From assembly GCF_030253515.1 (NCBI RefSeq), contig NZ_CP124549.1:150001-182000 (forward strand): a stretch of 32,000 bases of DNA. Reading direction: 5' to 3'. Below are positions 1 through 8,895 of the stretch, in pieces; the stretch's first letter is position 1; every line of letters begins with the position of its first letter. A model generated the notes under the pieces. It did not search any database and was not told the DNA's origin. It saw only the letters and a program-made list of their open reading frames with translations. Both the position numbers and the translations under genes were made by a program. This stretch comes from Candidatus Nanosynbacter lyticus. Its GTDB lineage: Bacteria > Patescibacteriota > Saccharimonadia > Saccharimonadales > Saccharimonadaceae.

Positions 1-885
<885 letters not shown>

Positions 886-1072
886 ATGTCCTTGTCTGCT
901 AGCGTTTATGCTTGCATAACGCTCGCGGATAAGGTAGACTTGACTAGTAATTGGTGCTTTTCAACAAGTGCCGGTCAATTAACAATTCAATTCCGTGCTG
1001 AGATTTGGACATCGAAGAAAGGGGTTTGGCCCACCGCGGAGCATATGCGGAACCAAGCGTCGTAACCCCCTC

Positions 1073-1181
1073 CTTCGGTGCCCATGGCGAGGAGGAAACA
1101 CCTGTTCTCATTCCGAACACAGAAGTTAAGCTCCCCAGCGGCGATTATACTGCGAAAGTGGGAAACTAGCACGGTGCCGAA
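1073..1181 (+). rRNA. rrf: 5S rRNA
   Basis: Contains the conserved core CCTGTTCTCATTCCGAACACAGAAGTTAAGCTCCCCAGCGGCGAT. The terminal helix I forms between TTCGGTGCC (1073-1081) and GGTGCCGAA (1173-1181) with two G-U pairs. It lies ~190 nt downstream of the 23S end and is followed directly by a terminator. Confidence 0.85.
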
Positions 1182-1190
1182 TTATAAAAA

Positions 1191-1217
1191 AGACTTCCGA
1201 ATAGGGGGTCTTTTTTC
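1191..1217 (+). terminator. Rho-independent terminator of the rRNA operon
   Basis: AGACTTCC (1191-1198) pairs with GGGGGTCT (1204-1211) around loop GAATA, followed by a T-run (1211-1216). Confidence 0.75.
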
Positions 1218-1252
1218 AGTTCTGCCAGAGGTGCTTGCGAGTAGCATAAGTA

Positions 1253-1261
1253 TGATATAAT
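1253..1261 (+). promoter_or_regulatory. Extended -10 element TGATATAAT, 9 nt upstream of ATG 1271
   Basis: TGnTATAAT match. A weak -35 (TTGCGA, 1235-1240) sits at sub-optimal spacing. There is no properly spaced SD before ATG 1271. Confidence 0.4.
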
Positions 1262-1270
1262 GATGGGGAA

Positions 1271-3163
1271 ATGGATAAAAAACAAACAGAACAGCCAGAG
1301 TCCCTTAGGCCGGAGCGTAGGGGGGTTGTGGCGATATGCGCGCCTTGGTTAAGGCGGCCAAAATCGTGGGTTATTATTGGTAGCGGTATCGTTGCCTTGG
1401 CGGGGATAGTAGTTGGGACGTTATTTGTTATTACAACACGTGGTAATGTCAGCGTCGAGCGTGTGTCCGATGAAGCCCTACAGGAAGTCGACCGTCCAGT
1501 TCGCCTAAAGTTTAGTCAGCAACTGGGCGAAGTAAAACCGAAGATTACACCAGAAGTGCGTGGCGTGTGGCGCGAAAAGCGACAGCTGTTCGGCGTTTTT
1601 GAGATGGAGTTTACGCCCGACCAGCCACTGACAGCTGATACAAATTACACCGTGGCGTTCCCGGGGGTGAGACGTTCGCTGTTTGGTCATGCAACGATCC
1701 ATGATGTATCGTTCAAGACGCAAAAAGCACCACGAGTGGACACGGCGTCACTGGATGGTAAAGAAGTGATCGCGATGGATCAGGCGTTGACGGTGCGTTT
1801 AGGCTCACGGGCGGGTAAATTGCGTGATCTAGAATTGACGACTGAGCCAGCGCTTGAGCTGAAGCGTGAGTCGTCGGATGATCAAACATTTTCATGGAAA
1901 TACGCTGGCCTACTAGCACCTGACACGCAGTATACCTTCAAGTTATACGATAAAGCCCAGAAGGAAGAGTTAAAACGTTTTACGGTGAAAAGTGCGCCGC
2001 TACCAGCGATTGGTTCACCGATTAAAGAGCATTCAGTGACGCCATCAGACGAATTGAAGTTGACATTTCAGGAGGCAATTGACGCAAAGGATCGGCCACA
2101 TATAGCGGTTGACACGGCTGGTAATGGTTCGTGGCGGAGCGATACCGAGTACGTGTTTAAGGCAGATAAATTGGAGCCGGGCAAAACGTACACATACACC
2201 ATTCCGAAAGGCTTGCGGACAGCTCGTGGAGGCGTTCTCGTCGAGGAAGTAAAAAAGACATTTACCACTAATGGGCATGTGCGTGGTGTGGGGGCGTCCC
2301 CGTGGCGAACCACTGTTGATCAAGCGGCGCAGGATGTACGGATAACCTTTGATCAGGCAGTTGACCACAAGAGCGCCCAGGATCGCCTCAGGGTGTCATC
2401 TGGTACAGTTCAGAGTATTTCCTGGCGTGGCAATACAATGATTGCTCGGGTGGTTAATATAGGCTTTCAGCGGCAAGTTCAGGTTTGGGTAGAGCCAGGT
2501 GTGCAGCCAGTGTTTGGACTGCCGAGCGTAGAGCGAATTGCGACATCGTTCACAACTAATTCACGGGTCGTCAAGCTCAATAACGTACCATTCTATCGTC
2601 AGGCGTACGCCCAAAGCTGCGAAGCGGCCTCACTGCGTATGGCCTTGGCATATCGTGGTGTGCATGATAGTGATTGGAATATCTTGCAGCGTTTTGGGTA
2701 TCGTCCGCGCTCGCGAGACAAGGCGACAAATGAGTGGGACGATCCGAATGTGCAGTTTGTGGGCGACGTAAACGGCAACCAAGGTGCGGGAACGGGCTGG
2801 GGTGTATATGCCGGTCCGGTGGCGCGGGCGGCCGGTCAATATGGCCGCGGAACGTCAGTGGCATATGGCGCCAATGCGAATTTCGTAGCACAGCAAATTC
2901 ACAATGGTAATCCAGTCATTGCGTGGGGCGTATGGCGGATTGGCGCAAAAATTGATAGTTGGAGGACGCCGTCAGGTCGGACGGTCAGTGGGCCGATACC
3001 GATGCATGTGCGTCTCATTGTTGGGGTTCGGGGTGAACCGCACGATCCACTTGGATTTTATGTTAATGACCCGATCTCGGGACGACTCTATTGGACGAGA
3101 GCACAGTTTGTGGCGATGACAGCTGGTGCTGGACCGGCGGCGCAGCTGTTGGCGGTACATTAA
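1271..3163 (+). CDS. Membrane-anchored protein with four tandem Ig-like modules and a C-terminal C39-like (papain-fold) cysteine peptidase domain
   Basis: 630-aa ORF. N-terminal TM helix (WVIIGSGIVALAGIVVGTLFVI). Four ~90-aa modules share the pattern V-x-L/I-x-F ... T-x-Y-T (VRLKFSQ..TNYTVAF; LTVRLGS..TQYTFKL; LKLTFQE..KTYTYTI; VRITFDQ..). The C-terminus VPFYRQAYAQSCEAASLRMALAYRG ... PMHVRLIVGV ... VNDP resembles the Peptidase_C39_2 Cys/His/Asp arrangement. Confidence 0.6.
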   Translation: MDKKQTEQPESLRPERRGVVAICAPWLRRPKSWVIIGSGIVALAGIVVGTLFVITTRGNVSVERVSDEALQEVDRPVRLKFSQQLGEVKPKITPEVRGVWREKRQLFGVFEMEFTPDQPLTADTNYTVAFPGVRRSLFGHATIHDVSFKTQKAPRVDTASLDGKEVIAMDQALTVRLGSRAGKLRDLELTTEPALELKRESSDDQTFSWKYAGLLAPDTQYTFKLYDKAQKEELKRFTVKSAPLPAIGSPIKEHSVTPSDELKLTFQEAIDAKDRPHIAVDTAGNGSWRSDTEYVFKADKLEPGKTYTYTIPKGLRTARGGVLVEEVKKTFTTNGHVRGVGASPWRTTVDQAAQDVRITFDQAVDHKSAQDRLRVSSGTVQSISWRGNTMIARVVNIGFQRQVQVWVEPGVQPVFGLPSVERIATSFTTNSRVVKLNNVPFYRQAYAQSCEAASLRMALAYRGVHDSDWNILQRFGYRPRSRDKATNEWDDPNVQFVGDVNGNQGAGTGWGVYAGPVARAAGQYGRGTSVAYGANANFVAQQIHNGNPVIAWGVWRIGAKIDSWRTPSGRTVSGPIPMHVRLIVGVRGEPHDPLGFYVNDPISGRLYWTRAQFVAMTAGAGPAAQLLAVH

Positions 3164-3343
3164 TCGGTACTGAAGTGAGGATGGTATAGTCGGGGGCCCC
3201 GCGTCTTTGTCATTCATTGAGCTAGCTCTATAGAGGCGGGCTTTGTGGTCGGAAAGTTGAAGGTGGGTATATGTATTTTTCTCGTCGTCGGAGTAATTTT
3301 GACCTAGATAATTTTAGCTATTGGCGAAATTCCTTTCACAATC

Positions 3344-3377
3344 AAAAACCACCCATCTCGCAGAAAGGGTGGTTTTT
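3344..3377. terminator. Bidirectional-type hairpin terminator
   Basis: AAAAACCACCC (3344-3354) pairs with GGGTGGTTTTT (3367-3377) around a 12-nt loop. An A-tract precedes it and a T-tract follows. Confidence 0.5.
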
Positions 3378-3503
3378 GAGTGGTGGAACTCATCATTTCT
3401 AAGCTCCAACAGGTGCCGTCACAAGGTGTGACAGATCTCATTATAGCGAAGTAAATCGCTGATTGCAATATTTTATTCACAATAAAAACGGCTTATGTAA
3501 ATG

Positions 3504-3532
3504 TTGACAAAGTATGAGCAGTATGATAATAT
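3504..3532 (+). promoter_or_regulatory. Sigma70-type promoter TTGACA-17-TAATAT for the KGG stress gene
   Basis: TTGACA at 3504-3509, exact 17-nt spacer, TAATAT at 3527-3532. It lies in an AT-rich 460-nt non-coding region upstream of CDS 3626. Confidence 0.55.
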
Positions 3533-3572
3533 GCATACATAACACATATCATGTGTGATATATAAAGGCGAG

Positions 3573-3605
3573 GGTTTCCATAGTAGATGATGTGGAAATC
3601 TTTTT
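3573..3605 (+). promoter_or_regulatory. Terminator-like hairpin in the 5' leader of the KGG stress gene
   Basis: GGTTTCCA (3573-3580) pairs with TGGAAATC (3593-3600) and is followed by TTTTT (3601-3605), immediately upstream of SD GGGAGG (3611-3616). Confidence 0.35.
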
Positions 3606-3625
3606 AATTCGGGAGGAAAACTCAC

Positions 3626-3901
3626 ATGGCAGGTACAAAAATTGGCGGTATGAAAGCGGCAGCGAAAAACTTAGCGCGTGACCCAGACTTTTATGCCAAG
3701 ATCGGCGCGAAGGGCGGTCGGAACGGACGGACCGGTGGCTTTGCGGCAAACCCAGCTCTGGCACGGATCGCTGGTGCTAAAGGTGGTCGCATTTCTCGTC
3801 GGCGTAAGGTAACGACGACGGCCACGACAACCGTTAATCCGACAACGACAGTATCAACAGTGCAGGCAACGGCTCAAGACGACGTGACACTGGCCGCGTA
3901 G
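3626..3901 (+). CDS. KGG-repeat general stress protein (YciG-like) with a Thr-rich tail
   Basis: Repeated motif ..GAKGGRNG.., ..GAKGGRIS.. with DPDFYAKIG, typical of the KGG stress-induced repeat family. Strong SD GGGAGG lies 9 nt upstream of the ATG. Confidence 0.75.
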   Translation: MAGTKIGGMKAAAKNLARDPDFYAKIGAKGGRNGRTGGFAANPALARIAGAKGGRISRRRKVTTTATTTVNPTTTVSTVQATAQDDVTLAA

Positions 3902-3924
3902 CCACACTGCTTAAAATGATGCGG

Positions 3925-3951
3925 TAGCCCTCTTTCCATAGAGGGCTATTT
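3925..3951. terminator. Hairpin shared by convergent genes 3626..3901 (+) and 3946..4422 (-)
   Basis: TAGCCCTC (3925-3932) pairs with GAGGGCTA (3941-3948), followed by TTT. It overlaps the stop codon of the minus-strand gene. The T-tract is short. Confidence 0.45.
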
Positions 3952-4422
3952 GCGGTAGCGGCGGAGTTCGCAGGACCGAGCCTCGTTGACGCGCCAGTTG
4001 CTAGCGCAGTGAAGGCAGCGATAGTGGTGCTTGGCGATTTCTATGCCGACAGCGCTACATGTCGGGCACGTGCTGCGGGCATGTAGCCACTTGCGGTAGC
4101 TATCAAGCGCATCCTGAACGACACCGTCATTCATAGTTAGAGTAATGTTATAGCGCGGTGCTAACTGATGGACAGCTAGCTCCCAGGCCTGGCGCTCCAT
4201 GGTGATGAGGTCGATGTCACGAGTATAGTGATGATGGCCCAGGATGGCGTGGGCAGTTTCGTGGAGCAGCTGGGCGATAGCGGCTGGTGACGCCTCGTTG
4301 ATATAAGTGATAGTCCGTGAATGGTGTGACCACGAAAAAACATCGTCAGCTCGGAGCTGATACTCTGGGTAGTCGCTGGCCAGCTGCTTAACGATGGGCG
4401 ATAGCGTTATCGTAGCAACCAT
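3946..4422 (-). CDS. Putative zinc metallopeptidase (HExxH) with a C-terminal Cys4 zinc ribbon
   Basis: HETAH motif in LLHETAHAILGHHHY (ImmA/IrrE-like context). C-terminal CPTC...CLHC. I prefer the ATG at 4422 (SD GAGGA ~10 nt upstream) over the TTG at 4455. Either start overlaps the 3' end of the upstream ROK gene. Confidence 0.55.
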   Translation of the reverse strand: MVATITLSPIVKQLASDYPEYQLRADDVFSWSHHSRTITYINEASPAAIAQLLHETAHAILGHHHYTRDIDLITMERQAWELAVHQLAPRYNITLTMNDGVVQDALDSYRKWLHARSTCPTCSAVGIEIAKHHYRCLHCASNWRVNEARSCELRRYRK

Positions 4423-5191
4423 AGAGTACAGATTCCTCGGGGTGTGCTGCACCAACGATGTGCGGGCAGGTGATAAATGACGGTAGTTTCTCGGTGATAA
4501 GTCCGGCTAGTGACGCAGAGAATTTATCGGTGTAGCGGCCGATACCGCCGCCGATAACGATAACGTTTGGCTGAATAGCAGCGATCAGTGCCTGCAGTCC
4601 TAAGCTGAGTCTCTTGGCGGCCTCAAACCAAGCTTCGGGCGGCGTTGCGTCCGATAATTCACCAAACTGTTGACTGAGCGCTCGTCCGGAAGCGAGGTTT
4701 TCCCACGAATCAATGGTTGACTGATACGCAACTTGCATATGACCGGCTTCACTGCTACGTAGGCTGGGGTGGAGTGTGCCGTTGAGGATAATGCTGGTGC
4801 CGATGCCTGTGCCGATAGTGACGTAGAGGCCGCAGGCTGGCTGTGGTTCAAGGCGACGTATGCTGGCGAGGCCAGCGAGGTTGGCGTCATTTTCGAGGAT
4901 GATTTGGGCGTCGGGAAAGTGCTCGGCTAGGAGGTCGCGGATGGGCACCTCGCACCAGCCGAGGTTAATGCAATATGTAGCGACACCGCCAGTGACGGTG
5001 CCGGGTAGACCGATCGAGATGTCTGTAACAGGTGCGCCCTCGGCAATTACGGTAATGGTTTCAACGACTTGTTTGATATATGCTGTAATATCTGTTGGGG
5101 TGGCAAACCGAGTTGTTGTCTCTAGCGTGCCGTTGTCGGTAAATCGTCCGACCAATGTTTTTGTGCCTCCAGTATCAATCGCAATAATCAT
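4388..5191 (-). CDS. ROK-family sugar kinase (glucokinase-like)
   Basis: N-terminal ASKHA phosphate-1 motif MIIAIDTGGTKT, plus ENDANLAGLAS, GTGIGTSII and VIGGGI. It lacks the Cys-rich zinc motif found in many ROK proteins. Confidence 0.85.
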   Translation of the reverse strand: MIIAIDTGGTKTLVGRFTDNGTLETTTRFATPTDITAYIKQVVETITVIAEGAPVTDISIGLPGTVTGGVATYCINLGWCEVPIRDLLAEHFPDAQIILENDANLAGLASIRRLEPQPACGLYVTIGTGIGTSIILNGTLHPSLRSSEAGHMQVAYQSTIDSWENLASGRALSQQFGELSDATPPEAWFEAAKRLSLGLQALIAAIQPNVIVIGGGIGRYTDKFSASLAGLITEKLPSFITCPHIVGAAHPEESVLYGCYDNAIAHR

Positions 5192-5197
5192 GAAACT

Positions 5198-5226
5198 AGT
5201 ATACCCCTTTACGAGAGTGGTGACAA
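5198..5226 (-). promoter_or_regulatory. Promoter TTGTCA-17-TATACT, 6 nt upstream of the ROK kinase ATG (leaderless layout)
   Basis: The minus strand reads TTGTCA (5226-5221), a 17-nt spacer, TATACT (5203-5198), AGTTTC, then ATG (5191). No SD is present. Confidence 0.55.
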
Positions 5227-5267
5227 TATGGTACAGTAAGTATTAGTAACATCAGGGAGATAATGGT

Positions 5268-5705
5268 ATGAAGCAGAACCGCCAGCGAGGATATGTTGTA
5301 ATCTACGTGATCGTAGGGGTTATTTTGGCGGCGATCGCTTTGGCAACGTTATACGGGTTGCGACAGTTATCAGCACAGAACCAGGCCGCCTCATCGACGG
5401 AAAATGCTGCGACGAGTGAGCAGCAAAAAGAGACGAACAACACGAAGTCTGACGATAAATCGGCCGACAAAAAGAAGAACGAGAAGAGCGATGAGAAAAA
5501 AGACACTTCTTCGGCTGAGGTGAAGAGGCCTGAGCAATCTCAGCAGCGCGCGCAGCATCAACCAGCACAGCCAGCCCAAAATAATGGCCATGGATCATCC
5601 CATCTGCCGGCAACTGGGCCAACTGACTCGTTGGCAGTTGGCTTTGTGCTGGGGCTAATTGTGGCTGCGGGCTTTGCGTATCGTCGGTCAATGTTGGTAG
5701 TTTAG
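5268..5705 (+). CDS. Small LPXTG-anchored surface protein (sortase substrate), low-complexity K/E/S/Q-rich
   Basis: N-terminal signal/anchor helix. C-terminal LPATG followed by a hydrophobic segment (LAVGFVLGLIVAAGFA) and the basic tail YRRS. SD GGGAGA precedes the ATG. Confidence 0.75.
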   Translation: MKQNRQRGYVVIYVIVGVILAAIALATLYGLRQLSAQNQAASSTENAATSEQQKETNNTKSDDKSADKKKNEKSDEKKDTSSAEVKRPEQSQQRAQHQPAQPAQNNGHGSSHLPATGPTDSLAVGFVLGLIVAAGFAYRRSMLVV

Positions 5706-5827
5706 CTTCCTTCTCTTTACTCGGGGCACTATCTACGATATAATAAAACGAGATCCCCAAGAGGTAGCTGTTTTGGCGGGCCGCTTGGATAAGAATATTA
5801 ACGTAATACAGGAGTCTATTTGGACGT

Positions 5828-6898
5828 ATGGCAAATCCATTGACCATGGACGATCTGCTTGCTCAGGCGAGCGACTCCGTGAAGCAACTAACCGCAGGCG
5901 AGGTTGTGCACGGAACTATTTTATCAATAAAGAAACACGAAGTTCTGATTGATCTGGGGCCTTTGGGCGTTGGCTTGGTGCCGCGCCGTGAGGTAAGTAT
6001 GTCGAACAATTATGCAGAAGGTGACGAGGTAACTGCGAGTGTTGTCGAGGTTGAGCTGGACAACGGTTACTCACTGCTCAGTATGCGTAAAGCGGCGCGC
6101 GATCGTGGTTGGGACGAGGTCGCGACCAAATTGGAGAGCGGTGAAATTGTAACGGTGACGCCGTACGACGCCAATCGTGGCGGTCTGTTGGCTGAATATG
6201 AAGGGGTGCGCGGTTTCTTGCCGGTATCGCAGCTATCGGCTGAGCATTATCCGCGAGTTGGTTCAAGCGATAAGGATGAGATCTTGCAGCGGCTTAACGT
6301 GCTGGTCAACAAAGAGATTCGCGTCCGGATTTTGGACGCTGATCGCAAGGCGAACAAGCTCATCTTTTCTGAAAAGGAGGCCATCAAAGAAGGCCTGGCG
6401 GAGCGGTTTGAGAAGCTATCAGTCGGCGATACTGTCAAGGGTATCGTGACTGGCGTGGTAGACTTTGGCGTATTTGTGAACGTTGAGGGAATTGAGGGAC
6501 TGATTCATATCTCAGAAATTAGCTGGGAGCGGGTCAACAATCCGAGCGATTACGTTAAGGTTGGCCAGACCGTGGAGGCGAAGATTATCGCTATCGACAA
6601 GGAGCGCCTCAGCTTGAGTATGAAGCAGCTAACAAAAGACCCATGGCTCGATGAGGTAGAACAATTTAAGCCAGGTGAGGACGTCGAAGGCACAGTCACA
6701 CGGATTACGCCGTTTGGTGCGTTTGTGCAGCTAAGTCCAGCTGTTGAGGCTCTCGTTCACGTTTCGGAGCTGGGTGGCGATGGGACTGACCCAGAGAAAG
6801 TCTTTACATTAAATGAGCGCAAGACCTTTACCGTGCTCGAAATTGATAAAGATAATCGCAAGATTTCACTGTCGCTGGCTGGCGGCAAGAAAAAATAG
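5828..6898 (+). CDS. rpsA: 30S ribosomal protein S1 (short form, four S1 domains)
   Basis: Four repeats of the S1 OB-fold pattern (G.VV.G.I......G..VDLG...G..P.SE; GFLPVSQLS; GLIHISEIS; ALVHVSEL). Confidence 0.9.
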   Translation: MANPLTMDDLLAQASDSVKQLTAGEVVHGTILSIKKHEVLIDLGPLGVGLVPRREVSMSNNYAEGDEVTASVVEVELDNGYSLLSMRKAARDRGWDEVATKLESGEIVTVTPYDANRGGLLAEYEGVRGFLPVSQLSAEHYPRVGSSDKDEILQRLNVLVNKEIRVRILDADRKANKLIFSEKEAIKEGLAERFEKLSVGDTVKGIVTGVVDFGVFVNVEGIEGLIHISEISWERVNNPSDYVKVGQTVEAKIIAIDKERLSLSMKQLTKDPWLDEVEQFKPGEDVEGTVTRITPFGAFVQLSPAVEALVHVSELGGDGTDPEKVFTLNERKTFTVLEIDKDNRKISLSLAGGKKK

Positions 6899-6967
6899 CC
6901 TATAGAAAAAGAGTAATGTAAACAGTTCGCCGAGGTGTCACGCCGGCGATGAAAGGAGCACGAGCAG

Positions 6968-8734
6968 ATGACAGAAAAGATTGTCGCAATTGCAGATTCA
7001 GTAACCGTCGGAGAGCTCGCTACCACCTTGAATCTACCGGTTACGACGCTGATCGGCGAGCTGTTTAAGAATGGTATCGCGGCGACGATTAATCAGCGGC
7101 TGGACTTTGAGACGGCGTCGATCATCGTTGAGGAGCTGGGCCTTGAGGTGACACTCAAGAAAAAGGAGGCGACCGTTGGTCATACGCGTGTGGAGCATAC
7201 GCTGTCAGAACGGGCAGTGCCGCGTCCACCGATTGTGGCGGTGATGGGGCATGTTGATCACGGCAAGACGAGCTTGTTGGATGCGATTTTGGGTAACAAG
7301 ACCGCTGCGGGCGAGGCCGGCGGTATCACGCAGCACATTAGCGCCTACCAAACGAGGCATAACGAGCGGATGATTACACTGCTGGATACACCGGGGCACG
7401 AGGCGTTTGCGGCATTGCGGCAACACGGCGCGGTGCTGACAGATGTGGTGATTATCGTGGTAGCGGCAGATGACGGTGTCAAGCCGCAGACCGTCGAGGC
7501 GATTCGGTTTGCCCGTTCGGCCAATGCGAAAATCGTGGTGGCGATCAATAAAATTGATAAAGATACCGCCAACCCACAGCTGGTAAAAACGCAGCTGGCG
7601 TCTGAGCATGGTCTCAACCCTGAGGAGTGGGGCGGCGATACGGTGATGGTGGAGGTCAGTGCTAAAACTGGCCAGAATTTGGATAAGCTGCTGGATATGG
7701 TGCTACTGGTGGCAGATATGGAAGACTTGCGGGCGGATGAGGACGTACCAGCCGAGGGCTTGGTGATTGAGGCGCATATGGAAACCGGGCGCGGCGCAGT
7801 GGTTGGGCTACTCGTCGAGCACGGTCAGCTGAAACCAGCGTATTATTTGGTGGCTGGTACGGCGTACGGTCGAGTACGGACAATGTCGGATTTTCGTGGT
7901 CAGACAATGAAAATGGCCGGCCCGAGTACGCCAGTCAATGTGACTGGTTTTAAGGAGCTGCCGCAGTTTGGTGATAGCTTTCGGTTGGCTAAAAATGAGA
8001 AAGAGGCACGGCATTTGGCGCAGGCGGCGCGCCTAGAGCAGGAAAAAATGGCTGCCAGCACCAATGTCACCAGCTCGGATATTTTGAAAATGATGAGTCA
8101 GCAGCATGATGCTGAGTCGTTCAATGTTCTCGTCAAGGCTGATGTTCAGGGGTCGCTCACGTCGGTGATTGATAGCCTGAAATTGATTGATACGGGCGGC
8201 TTGGTGGATCTACATGTCATCGGTAGCGGGGTTGGTAATATTTCAGAAAATGATATTCATCTGGCGGTTGGCGAGAATACGGTCATTTATGGTTTTAATG
8301 TCGATCTGCCGCCAGCAGTGAAGCGCCTGGCAGCGCGTGAGCATGTTGAGGTGCGGCTGTATCGAGTGATTTATGAACTGCTTGATAATGCCAGGCAATC
8401 CATGGAGGCATTGCTGGCCCCAGAGGTCGTCGAGACTGAGGTCGGCCAGCTGAGGGTTAAGGGCGTGTTCCGAACGGTGCGCGAAGAGGTGATCGCTGGT
8501 GGTGAAATGATGACGGGTAAGGTCTATAAGGGGCTGCTGGCACGCCTGAAGCGCGGCGATGAACACATTGCCGAGGTTGAAGTATCATCCGTTCAGCGTC
8601 AACATCAGGAAGCCAAGGAAGTGTTTGAGGGTGAAATGTGTGGACTCAGCCTCAAAACTACGCGAAAAGTTGTCGTTGAAGAAGGCGACACGCTGGAGTT
8701 CTTTACGCGGGAGTTGGTGAAGAAGACGCTGTAA
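6968..8734 (+). CDS. infB: Translation initiation factor IF-2 (short N-terminus)
   Basis: GTPase motifs VMGHVDHGKTSLLD, DTPGHEAF and NKIDK, plus the C-terminal IF-2 domains. SD GAAAGGAG lies upstream. Confidence 0.95.
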   Translation: MTEKIVAIADSVTVGELATTLNLPVTTLIGELFKNGIAATINQRLDFETASIIVEELGLEVTLKKKEATVGHTRVEHTLSERAVPRPPIVAVMGHVDHGKTSLLDAILGNKTAAGEAGGITQHISAYQTRHNERMITLLDTPGHEAFAALRQHGAVLTDVVIIVVAADDGVKPQTVEAIRFARSANAKIVVAINKIDKDTANPQLVKTQLASEHGLNPEEWGGDTVMVEVSAKTGQNLDKLLDMVLLVADMEDLRADEDVPAEGLVIEAHMETGRGAVVGLLVEHGQLKPAYYLVAGTAYGRVRTMSDFRGQTMKMAGPSTPVNVTGFKELPQFGDSFRLAKNEKEARHLAQAARLEQEKMAASTNVTSSDILKMMSQQHDAESFNVLVKADVQGSLTSVIDSLKLIDTGGLVDLHVIGSGVGNISENDIHLAVGENTVIYGFNVDLPPAVKRLAAREHVEVRLYRVIYELLDNARQSMEALLAPEVVETEVGQLRVKGVFRTVREEVIAGGEMMTGKVYKGLLARLKRGDEHIAEVEVSSVQRQHQEAKEVFEGEMCGLSLKTTRKVVVEEGDTLEFFTRELVKKTL

Positions 8735-8779
8735 CAACTTGTCACCGTAGGTAATTTTAGTATATCGGACGGTTTTCTA

Positions 8780-8808
8780 TTGACTTTTCTTCATAAATCT
8801 GCTAAAGT
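8780..8808 (+). promoter_or_regulatory. Promoter TTGACT-17-TAAAGT for the hypothetical cluster
   Basis: TTGACT at 8780-8785, 17-nt spacer, TAAAGT at 8803-8808. An ~87-nt leader with SD AAGGAAG precedes ATG 8896. Confidence 0.5.
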
Positions 8809-8895
8809 TCAGACAGCGAGTGTGCATTTTACGAGATACTCAAATCGCTTACATGTAATTGTTTAATTGTTTGTCTTTGAAAGGAAGCTGCCAGC

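Noticed and set aside
4423-4455. TTG start at 4455 for the HExxH protein
   Set aside because: It would create a 68-nt overlap with the ROK gene. The ATG at 4422 has a better-placed GAGGA. This is not excluded, only less likely.
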